DNA of 62,427 nucleotides, filler included, from Actinomycetota bacterium (GTDB taxonomy: Bacteria > Actinomycetota > Actinomycetes > JAKEEW01), in NCBI GenBank assembly GCA_046725875.1. It is 4 parts of 4 records of this genome, joined end to end, with 100 filler letters (N's around TTAATTAATTAA, not from the genome) between each part and the next. Parts side by side here need not be neighbours in the genome. Positions count along the whole stretch, not along the records: positions 1 to 11,628 come from JBKOZJ010000005.1; positions 11,729 to 31,101 come from JBKOZJ010000006.1; 2 more parts are not named here. The stretch is one strand, 5' to 3'. Below the pieces are notes generated by a model. It saw nothing but the letters and a program-made list of their open reading frames with translations, was not told the DNA's origin and made no database searches. Below, one piece after another: positions 10,047-21,268 of the stretch; position 1 is the stretch's first letter; each line of letters starts with the position of its first letter. The translations under genes and the position numbers were made by a program.

Positions 10047-10781
10047 TCAGCCGGGCTTAGGGCCAGGCTCGACCTGGGAAGTCCGGTCCGGACGGGCAGC
10101 TGGGCTTTCGGACCGGAAGAGCAACCAGAACAGGTATCTGGTGGCGAGCGAGCGGTACGGACGCCACTGCTCGGCACGCGCGGCCGCACTCTTTTCCGTG
10201 GGTGGCTGGTCGAGCCCGTCGAGCAGCTGGACTGCCTTGCGAATCCCAAGGTCACCGGACGGAAACACGTCCGGTCGGTGCAGCTGGAACAACAGAAACA
10301 TGTCCGCCGACCACGGTCCGATCCCCGCCACCGCAACCAATTGCGTGCGGACCTCGTCGTCGGACAGCTCGTCCAGCCGGTCCAGCCCCAGCCGGCCGTC
10401 GAGGGCCCGCTCGGCGAGATCACGGATATAGGCGACCTTCCGGCCGGAGAGCCCGGTCGTACGCAACTCCTCGGGCGAACGGCTCAGTACTCCAGCCGGG
10501 GTAAGCGGGTCGCCCGCGGACGCGCGCAGCCGGCCATAGATCGCCGCGGCCGCGAATGTCGAGATCTGCTGACCCGCGATCGCCCGGACCAGCGCCTCGA
10601 ACGGCGATTGCCACGGCCGGGTCTTTTCCCATGCGAACACGTCCGCCCCATCCGCTGCGGCGATCACCTCCGCGAGCTTCTGGTCCGCACGGAGGTGTTC
10701 CAGTGCCGCGGCATCGGGCACGGCCGACCCCTCGGCCTTCGGTCGCTCCTGCGCACCTGTCTCGGCGTTCACCGCCATCAT
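10047..10781 (-). CDS. alkA: DNA-3-methyladenine glycosylase II (HhH-GPD)
   Basis: ALVRAIAGQQIS, GLSGRK, GIGPWSADMFLLF, DVFPSGDLGIRK, WRPYRS; GGGAGG RBS before ATG 10781. Confidence 0.88.
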   Translation of the reverse strand: MMAVNAETGAQERPKAEGSAVPDAAALEHLRADQKLAEVIAAADGADVFAWEKTRPWQSPFEALVRAIAGQQISTFAAAAIYGRLRASAGDPLTPAGVLSRSPEELRTTGLSGRKVAYIRDLAERALDGRLGLDRLDELSDDEVRTQLVAVAGIGPWSADMFLLFQLHRPDVFPSGDLGIRKAVQLLDGLDQPPTEKSAAARAEQWRPYRSLATRYLFWLLFRSESPAARPDRTSQVEPGPKPG

Positions 10782-11257
10782 CGCCTCCCGGTCGCTGGTG
10801 TCAGCACCATGGTCGACGGGCAGGACTGACACTCCCTGTGCCACCCCCGACCACGCCGGTCGACGGGTGGCCGTACAGGCCAAACATCCGCGCAGCCGCA
10901 AAGCTTCCCCCAGGTCGATCAGACCACCTTTCCTGGCGAGCGAATACTCCGGCGTGCCGCGGCCATGAGCTCGAGGACACCGACACCGGGTCTGGGGCTG
11001 GTCGGCAAACATGCTGTACGTGACAACGCTCCGCGTCGCACTCGCTTCCCGGCGGTCATACCACCGTGGGCGTGAACTCGTCGCCGTGCTGCTACCCGCT
11101 GGTCCCGGAAGGAGATCACCGATCATGCAAAGGCAACGGTTCCCGAGGCGGCCGTGGAGGCGTGCGATCCGATCTTGCGGGACTTCCTCCCGAAAATCGG
11201 ATCGGGCGTCGCCGGACAGGTGACCGCCTCAATCGCCCTGTACCGAGGCGAGAGCCG

Positions 11258-11298
11258 TGGCGCTGCCGCGTACCCCAGGAGAGTCTGCGGCAGCGCCA
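11258..11298. terminator. stem-loop just downstream of the MMPL gene
   Basis: TGGCGCTGCCGC...GCGGCAGCGCCA, perfect 12-bp stem. Confidence 0.45.
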
Positions 11299-11307
11299 GG
11301 GCGTTCG

Positions 11308-11628
11308 CTAGGTAGTCGCGCCGGCTGTCTCCAGTCGGCGTCCGTCCGGAACCTCAGCAATAGTAGGCGCCGGCAGGAATTGCTCCGGCCGACCCTCGAC
11401 CCGCAGCTGCGGCAGCCACCGCTCGAGTGATCTGGGCAGCCACCAATTCGCCCGGCCGAGCAGATGCATCACCGCTGGGACAAGCAGCAGCCGCACCACC
11501 GTAGCGTCGATTGCGATTGCCGCCGCCATGCCGACGCCGATGACCTTGAGGAATACCTCGGGGCTCGGGATGAAGGCGGCGAAAACGGCGACCATGATCG
11601 CTGCCGCAGCGGTGATGACGCGGCCGGT
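11308..11628 (-). CDS. MMPL/RND transporter, C-terminal part (cut by contig end)
   Basis: TGRVITAAAAIMVAVF, AIAIDATVVRLLLVPAVMHLLGRANWWLP. Confidence 0.9.
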   Translation of the reverse strand, partial: TGRVITAAAAIMVAVFAAFIPSPEVFLKVIGVGMAAAIAIDATVVRLLLVPAVMHLLGRANWWLPRSLERWLPQLRVEGRPEQFLPAPTIAEVPDGRRLETAGATT

Positions 11629-11728
11629 NNNNNNNNNNNNNNNNNNNNNNNNNNNNNNNNNNNNNNNNNNNNTTAATTAATTAANNNNNNNNNNNNNNNN
11701 NNNNNNNNNNNNNNNNNNNNNNNNNNNN
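11629..11728. other. artificial contig spacer
   Basis: 44 N + TTAATTAATTAA + 44 N. Confidence 0.98.
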
Positions 11729-12117
11729 CGCACCTCATACACATTGGACTCGACCTGGCCGCGGCGGAGGACGGCTCGGACGCGGGCGAGCAGCTCGGCC
11801 AGCCGAAAGGGCTTCGTCACGTAGTCGTCCGCACCCGCGTCCAAGCCGATCACCGTGTCAAGCTCCCCCGCCCGAGCGGTGAGCATCACAATCGGGAGGT
11901 GCGGGGACTCGGTGCGCAGCCGCCGGCACACATCCATGCCGTCGACATCGGGCAGGCCGAGATCCAGAACAACAAGGTCTACGTCGCCGCGGGTAGCGCG
12001 GGCGAGCCCGGAAGCCCCGTCCGGCCGGACGTCGACCTCGTAGCCGTCCCGGCGCAGGGCGCGCGCCAGCGGTTCGGCGATCGTGGGGTCGTCCTCGACC
12101 ACGAGTAGCCGGCGCAT
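11729..12117 (-). CDS. OmpR-family response regulator (3' end cut by contig end)
   Basis: LLVVEDD, LDLGLPDVDG, GLDAGADDYVTKPF. Confidence 0.93.
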
Positions 12118-12288
12118 AGCCCGATCGTATGCCCGACATGCAAGAACGATGGAGGACCCGCACGGCGCCGTTGACAGGGCGACGGCTCAAACGGCGATCC
12201 CCTCGACGAGGCAACGGCGGATGTCCCCACTGCAGGGTCCCTGCGAAATCTTCGCGCGAGCGAGGGCGAGCGAAGATTTCCTGGGTGG

Positions 12289-13860
12289 CTAGACCGGGGT
12301 TACGCCGTGGCGGCGACGGGAGAAGGCCCGGTCCTTGCTCGCGTACGCCGCAACGCGCTTGATCAGTTCGTTCCGCAGGTCATCCGGCTGGATGATCGCA
12401 TCGACGACCAGCTCGGAGGCGAGTCGGATGATGTCGATGTCGGCTTCGTACTCCTGCCGTCGCGAGGCCACGAACGCAGCCCGCTCCTCGCCGTCCTCGA
12501 CGGCAGCGATCTTGTTTGCGTAGACGGCGTTGACCGCCGCTTCGGCGCCCATCACCGCGATCTTCGCCGTCGGCAGGGCCAGCGTGGCGTCGGGGTCGAA
12601 GCCCGGTCCGGCCATCGCGTACAACCCGGCCCCATAGGCCTTGCGGACGACAACGCAGATCTTCGGGACGGTCGCCTCCGATACGGCACTGATCATCTTT
12701 GCCCCGTGGCGGATGATGCCCTGCTTCTCGACTGCGGCGCCGACCATGAAGCCGGGCACGTCGGCGAGGAAGAGCAGTGGGACGTTGAAGGCGTCGCACA
12801 GCTGGATAAACCGCGTGGCCTTGTCGGCGCTGTCCACGAAGAGCACGCCCGCGCGGTGCATCGAGTTGTTTGCCACGACACCCACAACCCGGCCGCCGAG
12901 CCGCCCGAAGCCGACCACGAGCTCGCGGGCCCACAGCGCCTGGATCTCGAAGAAGGAGCCGTCATCCAGAAGCCCCCGCACGAGCTTGCGCATGTCGAAG
13001 GCGTGCCGCTCGTTGTGCGGGACGATGCTGCCCAGGTCGATGGCGGCGGGTGCATCAGCCGGGACGGCGAGCGGCGGCTCACCGAGCCAGTTCGATGGCA
13101 GATAGCTCAGGTACTGCCGCACCGTGTCGAGCGCCTCGGCCTCGGACTTGACGAGGAAGTGGCCGACCCCGGACTCCTTGCAGTGGACGGCCGCGCCACC
13201 CATCTCCTCCAGGGTGGTCTTCTCACCGGTCACCATCTCGACCATCCGGTCGGACGCCAAATACATCGAGGCGTTCCCGTCCACCATCACGACCACGTCG
13301 CAGAACGCCGGGATGTACGCACCACCCGCCGCACTCGGGCCGAACAGCGCGCACACCTGCGGTATCGACCCGGAAGCGCGGACCTGGTTCCAGAAGATCC
13401 GACCGGCGCCGCGGCGGCCGGGAAAGAGATCGACCTGGTCGGTAATTCGCGCTCCGGCCGAGTCGACTAGGTAGACCATCGGAACGCCGTCCCGGTACGC
13501 CGTCTCGATGATCCGGATAATCTTCTCGACCGTTCGTGCGCCCCACGAGCCAGCTTTGACCGTCGAGTCGTTGGCCATGAGGCAGACCGGCCGGCCGTCG
13601 ATCATCGCCGTTCCGGTGATCACGCCGTCCGCCGGCAGGTCGCCCGCGAGCACGTTGGCGAGTTGCCCGTCCTCAACGAAGCTGCCCTCGTCCACGAGCA
13701 GGTGGATCCGCTCCCGGGCGAACAGCTTCCCACGCTTGGCGTTGGCCTCGTGGTATTTCGTCGCACCGCCGGCGGAGACCGTCGCCCGCATCTCCGCGAT
13801 CGGCGGGTGCCCGAGCGCCGCCTGCTCTGTGTCCGTCCTGCCCTCTACCTCTGCCGCCAC
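12289..13860 (-). CDS. acyl-CoA carboxylase beta (carboxyltransferase) subunit, methylcrotonyl-CoA carboxylase-like
   Basis: ANDSTVKAGSWG, VDSAGARI, GPSAAGGAYIP, DVPGFMVG, RKAYGAGLYAM. Confidence 0.92.
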   Translation of the reverse strand: MAAEVEGRTDTEQAALGHPPIAEMRATVSAGGATKYHEANAKRGKLFARERIHLLVDEGSFVEDGQLANVLAGDLPADGVITGTAMIDGRPVCLMANDSTVKAGSWGARTVEKIIRIIETAYRDGVPMVYLVDSAGARITDQVDLFPGRRGAGRIFWNQVRASGSIPQVCALFGPSAAGGAYIPAFCDVVVMVDGNASMYLASDRMVEMVTGEKTTLEEMGGAAVHCKESGVGHFLVKSEAEALDTVRQYLSYLPSNWLGEPPLAVPADAPAAIDLGSIVPHNERHAFDMRKLVRGLLDDGSFFEIQALWARELVVGFGRLGGRVVGVVANNSMHRAGVLFVDSADKATRFIQLCDAFNVPLLFLADVPGFMVGAAVEKQGIIRHGAKMISAVSEATVPKICVVVRKAYGAGLYAMAGPGFDPDATLALPTAKIAVMGAEAAVNAVYANKIAAVEDGEERAAFVASRRQEYEADIDIIRLASELVVDAIIQPDDLRNELIKRVAAYASKDRAFSRRRHGVTPV

Positions 13861-13929
13861 GCCGCGGAGCCTACCTCGGCCTCGAGCGAAGATCCTGACG
13901 CACCGAGCGAAGCGCCTGGTGCTGGAGTG

Positions 13930-14253
13930 TCAGTCGGCGAGGATGAGTGCGACGCCTGCGATACCGGTGAGGAGGACCAGCGCGGCTGTGGCGGCGACCG
14001 CGCGACCATCTGTTGACGGGCGACCATCGCCCGGTGCGGACGCCGTTCGGCCGTACCGGCGGTAGGCGGAGCGCAGCACAGCCGCGGCCACGACCGTCGC
14101 AATCGCCGCTAGTGCAAGCCCGAGAACGGGAGCATGGGTGGCGGCGAGGCGGGCAGTGGCCAGTCCAACGACCAGCATCGAGAGCCCGGTGCGCGTCCAG
14201 GCGAGGGCTGTGCGCTCGTTGTACAGACCGCGGCCGGTCCGGTCAGGAATCAC
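13930..14253 (-). CDS. DUF202 (YidG/YidH-like) membrane protein
   Basis: GLYNERTALAWTRTGL plus 3 TM; GTGA overlap with the upstream gene. Confidence 0.85.
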   Translation of the reverse strand: MIPDRTGRGLYNERTALAWTRTGLSMLVVGLATARLAATHAPVLGLALAAIATVVAAAVLRSAYRRYGRTASAPGDGRPSTDGRAVAATAALVLLTGIAGVALILAD

Positions 14254-14606
14254 CGCGCGACCACGAGGACGATTCCGAGAATGCCGGCGCCCGCCACCGC
14301 ATATGCCAGCGCTGACAACAGGCCGGCTGCCGGGAGCGGTTCGCGCCGTCGCAACGCAGTCTCGGCCGCCATCCAGCGGAAATATGCGACGACGGCACCG
14401 ACGCTCCCGAATACGACGAGGAGGAGGGCCGAGCTCGTGCGTACCCACCCGGGCACATCCTCAACGAACGCGTCGAGTGCGATGCCGGCAGCCAAGAGGG
14501 CAAGCGAGGTCCGGATCCAGGCGAGGAAGGTGCGCTCGTTCGCAAAGGTGAACCGCGGGTCCGGCTCCTCCCCCTGCCCGTAGACCCGCTCGGGCCAGCG
14601 CCTCAT
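14250..14606 (-). CDS. DUF202 (YidH-like) membrane protein
   Basis: EPDPRFTFANERTFLAWIRTSLAL. Confidence 0.9.
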   Translation of the reverse strand: MRRWPERVYGQGEEPDPRFTFANERTFLAWIRTSLALLAAGIALDAFVEDVPGWVRTSSALLLVVFGSVGAVVAYFRWMAAETALRRREPLPAAGLLSALAYAVAGAGILGIVLVVAR

Positions 14607-14779
14607 GCCACCGCAGGCTACCGAGGCGCCCGCGTCGATTCGGGAAGCACGGCCCGCTGGCCGGTCTGCGGCGGTCCCTCTTCGACCCGCCGACGGACTG
14701 CCGCGAACGGCTCGGCTGGCTCCAAGCCGGACCGACCGGCCGGGGCCGAAGAGCCGGGATGGGCTCGTACGCTGCAGGG

Positions 14780-15715
14780 GTGGGCAGGCTTACGCGGCGC
14801 TATCGGGTACGGCGGTTGCGCGGCGGCGAATGGTCGGACCGCCCCGACACCCTGGTCGTGGAGGAGCCACTCGAGCTCCGGGTCGGTGGACATCCTTACG
14901 CCGTGACGATGCGAACGCCTGGCGACGACTTCGACCTCGCCGCCGGATTCCTCGTCTCCGAGGGGGTGGTGGGAGAACCCAAGGAGATTTCGACCATCCG
15001 CTACTGCTCCGACGAGTCACCATGTGGCCGGCTTGCCGCCGCTGCATTCCTTGAGCTCGGCTCGACGGCCGGACCACTCGCGGCGGAGGCCGAGTCCGCG
15101 ACGGAGTACGTCCCTTTCCAAAGCGCCGCAGCGCTCGGCGACTCTACGTACAACGTCGTCGACGTGACCCTGGCGGCGGCCGTCGCGCCACCACGAGCCG
15201 GCATGGAGCGCTCCGTCTATACCACGAGCTCCTGTGGCGTCTGCGGAAAGACGGCCCTGGACGCTGTACAGACCACCACGCGCTGGCCGGTCGGCGACGA
15301 CCCGATGCAGGTCGAGGCGTCCACAATCGCCAAGCTCCCTGAGCTGCTCCGCGCGGAGCAGCAGGTATTCGCTCGCACCGGCGGTCTCCACGCCGCAGGC
15401 GTCTTCACCTCCGACGGCACGCTCGGCTGCCTGCGCGAAGACGTCGGCCGGCACAACGCCGTCGACAAGATCCTCGGTTGGGCGTTGCGGACCGGCGCGC
15501 TGCCGCTGCGCGGACACATCCTCCAGGTCAGCGGGCGGGCGTCCTTCGAGCTTGTCCAGAAGGCTGTCATGGCCGGCATCCCGATGCTCACCGCCGTCTC
15601 CGCGCCTTCTTCGCTCGCGGTCGACCTGGCGACCGAGGCTGGGCTCACGCTCGTCGGGTTCGTCCGCGACCACGGTATGAACGTCTACACCCACGGCCAC
15701 CGTCTGGATGGGTAA
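14780..15715 (+). CDS. fdhD: formate dehydrogenase accessory sulfurtransferase
   Basis: VEEPLEL, TMRTPG, TTSSCGVCGK, TGGLHAA, REDVGRHNAVDK, SGRASFELVQK. Confidence 0.95.
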   Translation: MGRLTRRYRVRRLRGGEWSDRPDTLVVEEPLELRVGGHPYAVTMRTPGDDFDLAAGFLVSEGVVGEPKEISTIRYCSDESPCGRLAAAAFLELGSTAGPLAAEAESATEYVPFQSAAALGDSTYNVVDVTLAAAVAPPRAGMERSVYTTSSCGVCGKTALDAVQTTTRWPVGDDPMQVEASTIAKLPELLRAEQQVFARTGGLHAAGVFTSDGTLGCLREDVGRHNAVDKILGWALRTGALPLRGHILQVSGRASFELVQKAVMAGIPMLTAVSAPSSLAVDLATEAGLTLVGFVRDHGMNVYTHGHRLDG

Positions 15716-15762
15716 CCAGGCTCGAGCGGGACCCCCTCCCGCTCCCGCCGCCAATGTCCGGC

Positions 15763-15846
15763 TTGATCCGTCGAGCGCAGTGAACCCAAGCGTTGCGCTC
15801 TGACCGTGGCACGCGAGGCTCGCATTCCGTGCGGTTGACGGATCAA
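15763..15846. repeat. 84-bp palindromic intergenic element, copy 1
   Basis: TTGATCCGTCGAGCGCA...TGCGGTTGACGGATCAA; related copy at 38004-38087. Confidence 0.7.
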
Positions 15847-15904
15847 ACCGACAGGACGCAGAACGATCTCTGCTCCATCAGGAAAGGCCCCGGCCAGGAC
15901 CCGA

Positions 15905-16825
15905 TCAGGCCGGGATCGTACGGGTACGCGGGCCGGCGCGGAGGACCTGCGACGGGAGCGTACGGCCCACAAGGCGCTCGGCGGTCGCCGCCGCATCGAT
16001 CATCGCCTCGAGATCGACACCGGTCTCGACGCCCATGTCCTCGACCATATGGACGACCTCCTCGGTCGCGATGTTGCCCGTCGCCCCTGGGGCGTATGGG
16101 CACCCGCCGAGGCCGCCAACCGATGCGTCGAAGTCGCGCACCCCAAGCTGCAGCGCCGCGAGCACGTTGGCGAGACCTGTGCCGCGGGTGTTGTGGAAAT
16201 GCAGGTTAAGCGGCAGGTCCGGATGGCGCACGAATGTCTCGCCGACCAGCTCGGTGACGCGTCCGGGGGTCGCCATGCCCGTGGTATCGCCAAAAGACAC
16301 CGAGTCAGCGCCGGCCGCAACCGCGCGGTCGACCACCCACAAGACGCGCCCGACCGGGACGTCACCCTCGTACGGGCAGCCGAACGCGGTCGACACGATG
16401 ACCTGGCAGGTCGCACCGCGCTCGTGCGCCAGCACGATTACCTGCTCGATCTCCTCCAGCGACTCGGCCGTGGTGCGGTTGACGTTCTTCTTGTTGTGGG
16501 TGTCCGACGCCGAGACCACGGCCTCGATCTCGGGGAACCCCGCAGCGATTGCCCGTTCCGCACCGCGCAGGTTGGGGACCAATGCCGAGTAGCGCACGGA
16601 CTCATTGCGGTGGACACTGGCCCACACCTCGTCCGCGTCGGCCATCTGCGGGATGGCCCGCGGATGTACGAACGAGACGGCCTCAATGCGGCCGACACCG
16701 GTCTTGGACAGTGCATCGATGAGTTCGACCTTGGCCGCGGTCGGCACCGGGTCCTCGTTCTGCAGTCCGTCCCGCGGACCGACCTCGCGCAAAGAGATCG
16801 ACGGTGGCAAGTCAGACATGGTCAC
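15905..16825 (-). CDS. hydroxymethylglutaryl-CoA lyase
   Basis: EVGPRDGLQNE, HFHNTRG, GGLGGCPYAPGATGNIATE. Confidence 0.95.
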   Translation of the reverse strand: MTMSDLPPSISLREVGPRDGLQNEDPVPTAAKVELIDALSKTGVGRIEAVSFVHPRAIPQMADADEVWASVHRNESVRYSALVPNLRGAERAIAAGFPEIEAVVSASDTHNKKNVNRTTAESLEEIEQVIVLAHERGATCQVIVSTAFGCPYEGDVPVGRVLWVVDRAVAAGADSVSFGDTTGMATPGRVTELVGETFVRHPDLPLNLHFHNTRGTGLANVLAALQLGVRDFDASVGGLGGCPYAPGATGNIATEEVVHMVEDMGVETGVDLEAMIDAAATAERLVGRTLPSQVLRAGPRTRTIPA

Positions 16826-17673
16826 TACTCCCCCGGCCAGGAGGGCGAGCGCTTCTCGTTGAAGGCGGCGACACCCTCGCGCCGGTCATCAGAGAACGCG
16901 GTTGCCCGCCAGGCCGAATCCTCGATATCGAGACCGGCAGGCAGGTCGGTGCTGGCGCCTGCCCGCAGCGCCCGCTTGGCATTCCTGATGCCGACCGGTG
17001 AGTTCGCAGCGATCTGCGCGGCCAGCTCGAGCGCGACCTTGGGCGCCTCGCCCGCTGGGACCCGGCGATCGACCAGCCCGAGCCGCTCGGCCTCATCGAT
17101 CTCGACCCGGCGGCCGGTAAAGATCAGATCGGCCGCCCGGGACGCCCCGATCCGGCGCACCAGGAGCTGAGTGCCGCCGCCGCCCGGCACGACGCCCACC
17201 GTGACCTCTGGCAGGCCCAGAACCGTGGTCTCGTCGGCGACGATCAAGTCGCAGGAGAGTGCGAGCTCGAACCCGCCGCCCAGCGCGAAGCCGTGCACGG
17301 CAGCGATGGCGGGCATAGGCAGCCCGAGCAGACCACCGAACGCCGAGCGGAAAACCGGCCGCTGTCGCATCAGGTCGGCGTCGCTGAACGCGTTGCGCTC
17401 CTTCAGATCCGCGCCGACAGAGAAGGCCTTCTCGCCGGCGGCGCTGAGCACCAGGGCGCGCACGTCGCGGTCGGCCGCGATGGCCGCCGTTACTCTCGCA
17501 ATCTCGTCGGCCATCGCGGTCGAAAGGGCGTTGTGCGCATGGGGACGGTTCAGCGTCAGGTCGACGACGTGACCGTGCCGTTCGATCGCTACGTACTCGA
17601 AAGACCCCTGCACGTTGGCGAGGCTACCCCGCGACAACCGGGCCGCCACTGCTGGAAGGGCCCCCTTTGCCAA
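16825..17673 (-). CDS. enoyl-CoA hydratase (methylglutaconyl-CoA hydratase-like); start uncertain
   Basis: LNRPHAHNAL, AFSVGADLKER, GGGFELAL, LPEV. Confidence 0.92.
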   Translation of the reverse strand: MAKGALPAVAARLSRGSLANVQGSFEYVAIERHGHVVDLTLNRPHAHNALSTAMADEIARVTAAIAADRDVRALVLSAAGEKAFSVGADLKERNAFSDADLMRQRPVFRSAFGGLLGLPMPAIAAVHGFALGGGFELALSCDLIVADETTVLGLPEVTVGVVPGGGGTQLLVRRIGASRAADLIFTGRRVEIDEAERLGLVDRRVPAGEAPKVALELAAQIAANSPVGIRNAKRALRAGASTDLPAGLDIEDSAWRATAFSDDRREGVAAFNEKRSPSWPGE

Positions 17674-17756
17674 TCCTGCTGACGTAGGGGACCCTCTCCG
17701 AAGGCGCCGCTGAAGCAGGGGTCCTTTCTACCAGGCTCCGACGAGCCCGTCGCCTC

Positions 17757-18326
17757 CTATGTCCCGTCGCCGTGATCCTCCAGCAGCCTGGCCGCGGCTT
17801 GACCGGCGGGTCCCTCCGGGGACCTGTGGAGGCGCTCCCGCTGGTCGCGAACCACCAGCTCGTACAGATCGCGTTGTACGTCCTCCACGTGCGGAATGTC
17901 CTTCAGGACCACCTGCCCGCGCTCGCCGGCCGACTCCACGGTCAGGGTGCCGCACCGCAGGATGCGCTCGACCCAGGTGTGCGCGAACGACACGTCGTTG
18001 ATGCGCTGCAGCGGGATGTCATGGCCCATCCTGGAGAGGACACCGGTGCGCAGGATGAGCCGGCGGTTCGTCACCGTGTATTGGGTGTACCACCAGACGA
18101 GCAACGGCCATATACCCCACTTGCCGACGACGATCAGCCAGACCAGGCCGACCGCGCCGCGCAGCCACAGCTGCGCGTCGCCGCCGGGGGTAACCGTCAC
18201 AATGAAGCCCCCGAGGGCGGAGCCCAGCACGAAGACAATGAGCGGCCACACGATCTCCTTCCAGTGCGGCCTCAGCTCCATCACGATCTGCTCGTCCTCG
18301 CCCAGCAACCGCGTCGGATACCCCAT
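17757..18326 (-). CDS. bacterial PH-domain membrane protein
   Basis: RPHWK, 2 TM, YTVTNRRLILRTGVL...IPLQRINDV. Confidence 0.88.
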   Translation of the reverse strand: MGYPTRLLGEDEQIVMELRPHWKEIVWPLIVFVLGSALGGFIVTVTPGGDAQLWLRGAVGLVWLIVVGKWGIWPLLVWWYTQYTVTNRRLILRTGVLSRMGHDIPLQRINDVSFAHTWVERILRCGTLTVESAGERGQVVLKDIPHVEDVQRDLYELVVRDQRERLHRSPEGPAGQAAARLLEDHGDGT

Positions 18327-18612
18327 CGCCCACTCCCTAGGTCGTTTCGGCGGGCCAGCCTCGCGACAGGTGGACTCGTCGGACTGGCCGACCGGCCATG
18401 CAGGGGAATGGTGACAGCAAATGCGGCCAGACCGCCAGATCTTGTCCGTCCAGAGCCGACGTAAAGCACGGCCGGCAGACTCCTGAGGTTCGGTAGAGCT
18501 GAGGGCAGCACCAAGCTGCCGCCGCGTGAGGCATCTTCAGTCGATCTCCCATCCTTCGAGGCGTACCTTCACGCAGACCCCGCTGGTGAGTGCCTCTCAT
18601 GCGATTGGCGGT

Positions 18613-19440
18613 TCAGCGGACGTGTACGACATCGCCGGCACTCAGTTTGCGGTCGCCGCTTTCGGTCCGTACAACAAGCTGGCCCAACACGTCGACGGCG
18701 ATGGCCTCGCCCTCGAGCTCGTCGCCGGACGGCAGTGCCACCCGCACCTTCTCCCCCAACGTGAGGCAACGCTCCGCATAGGCAGCGCGCACCCCGCCAG
18801 CGCCCGGACCGCCGCCGCCGTCCCGCCACGCGACGTAGCGTCGCGCTAGCTCGCGCAGGACCGCCCGGAGGATCGGGTCTCGGTCGGTCGTGGCGGCTCC
18901 CTCGATGGCGAGCGAGGTCGCCGCAGGAACGGGAAGCTCCTCGGGACGGAGGCTGACGTTGAGGCCGATCCCCACGACGACCGCGTCGTCGATCACCTCG
19001 GCGAGGATCCCCGCGACCTTGAGATCGCCGACGAGTACGTCGTTGGGCCATTTGAGCTGCGCGTCGACCTCGGCGACCTGGCGCAGCACGTCGGCGACGG
19101 CGATCCCGGCGAGCAGGGGAATCCAGCCCCGGTTGACGGGCGGGACGGCGGCGGGACGCAGCAGGACCGAGAAGGTGAGGCCCGACCGCGCCGGCGCCTC
19201 CCACGAGCGGCCCAGCCGACCGCGGCCCCCGGTTTGCCGCTCGGCGATCAGGACCAGCCCCTCGGGCGCACCCGCGGTGGCGGCGGCGTGCACATCGGCG
19301 TTGGTCGACCCGGTCTCCTCCACGATCCGGATGTCCCGCCACAGCGTTGGCGTAAGCGTGAAGGCGCGGCGCAACGCGGACTCCCGCAGCGGCGGTCGAT
19401 CTAGGTCGACGTACGGCGAGGTGGATGGGGAAGGACGCAC
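18613..19440 (-). CDS. birA: biotin-protein ligase
   Basis: TGSTNAD, AERQTGGRGRLGRSW, LKWPNDV, KVAGILAE. Confidence 0.95.
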   Translation of the reverse strand: MRPSPSTSPYVDLDRPPLRESALRRAFTLTPTLWRDIRIVEETGSTNADVHAAATAGAPEGLVLIAERQTGGRGRLGRSWEAPARSGLTFSVLLRPAAVPPVNRGWIPLLAGIAVADVLRQVAEVDAQLKWPNDVLVGDLKVAGILAEVIDDAVVVGIGLNVSLRPEELPVPAATSLAIEGAATTDRDPILRAVLRELARRYVAWRDGGGGPGAGGVRAAYAERCLTLGEKVRVALPSGDELEGEAIAVDVLGQLVVRTESGDRKLSAGDVVHVR

Positions 19441-19577
19441 CCGCCCATAGTGCGCCGGAACCAAGCCGAGTTGAAGCCGCCATTTTGGGCATGCCGGCGG
19501 CCGCCCGAGACGGGGTCGCCGCAGCGCGGCCGACCGGCTGACCTACCGTTGGGTCGGATTCGAGCCAGGAGGGATCG

Positions 19578-21179
<1,602 letters not shown>

Positions 21180-21268
21180 GACGCCCCACGACGACTGGCC
21201 GCTTCGTGCGTAACTTTGGCGGACCGTCGGAGGTTAGGGTCCTTGTGGCGGAGTCCCGTTGCCCTGGC

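Noticed and set aside
10782..11126. N-terminal extension on the AlkA-type glycosylase (Ada-like fusion)
   Set aside because: No Ada zinc motif; a good RBS precedes ATG 10781
11673..11684. TTAATTAATTAA palindrome recurring three times
   Set aside because: Always centred in 44-N runs; an assembly linker, not biological
14780..15715. Formate dehydrogenase or selenocysteine system near fdhD
   Set aside because: No fdh catalytic subunit or sel genes in the window
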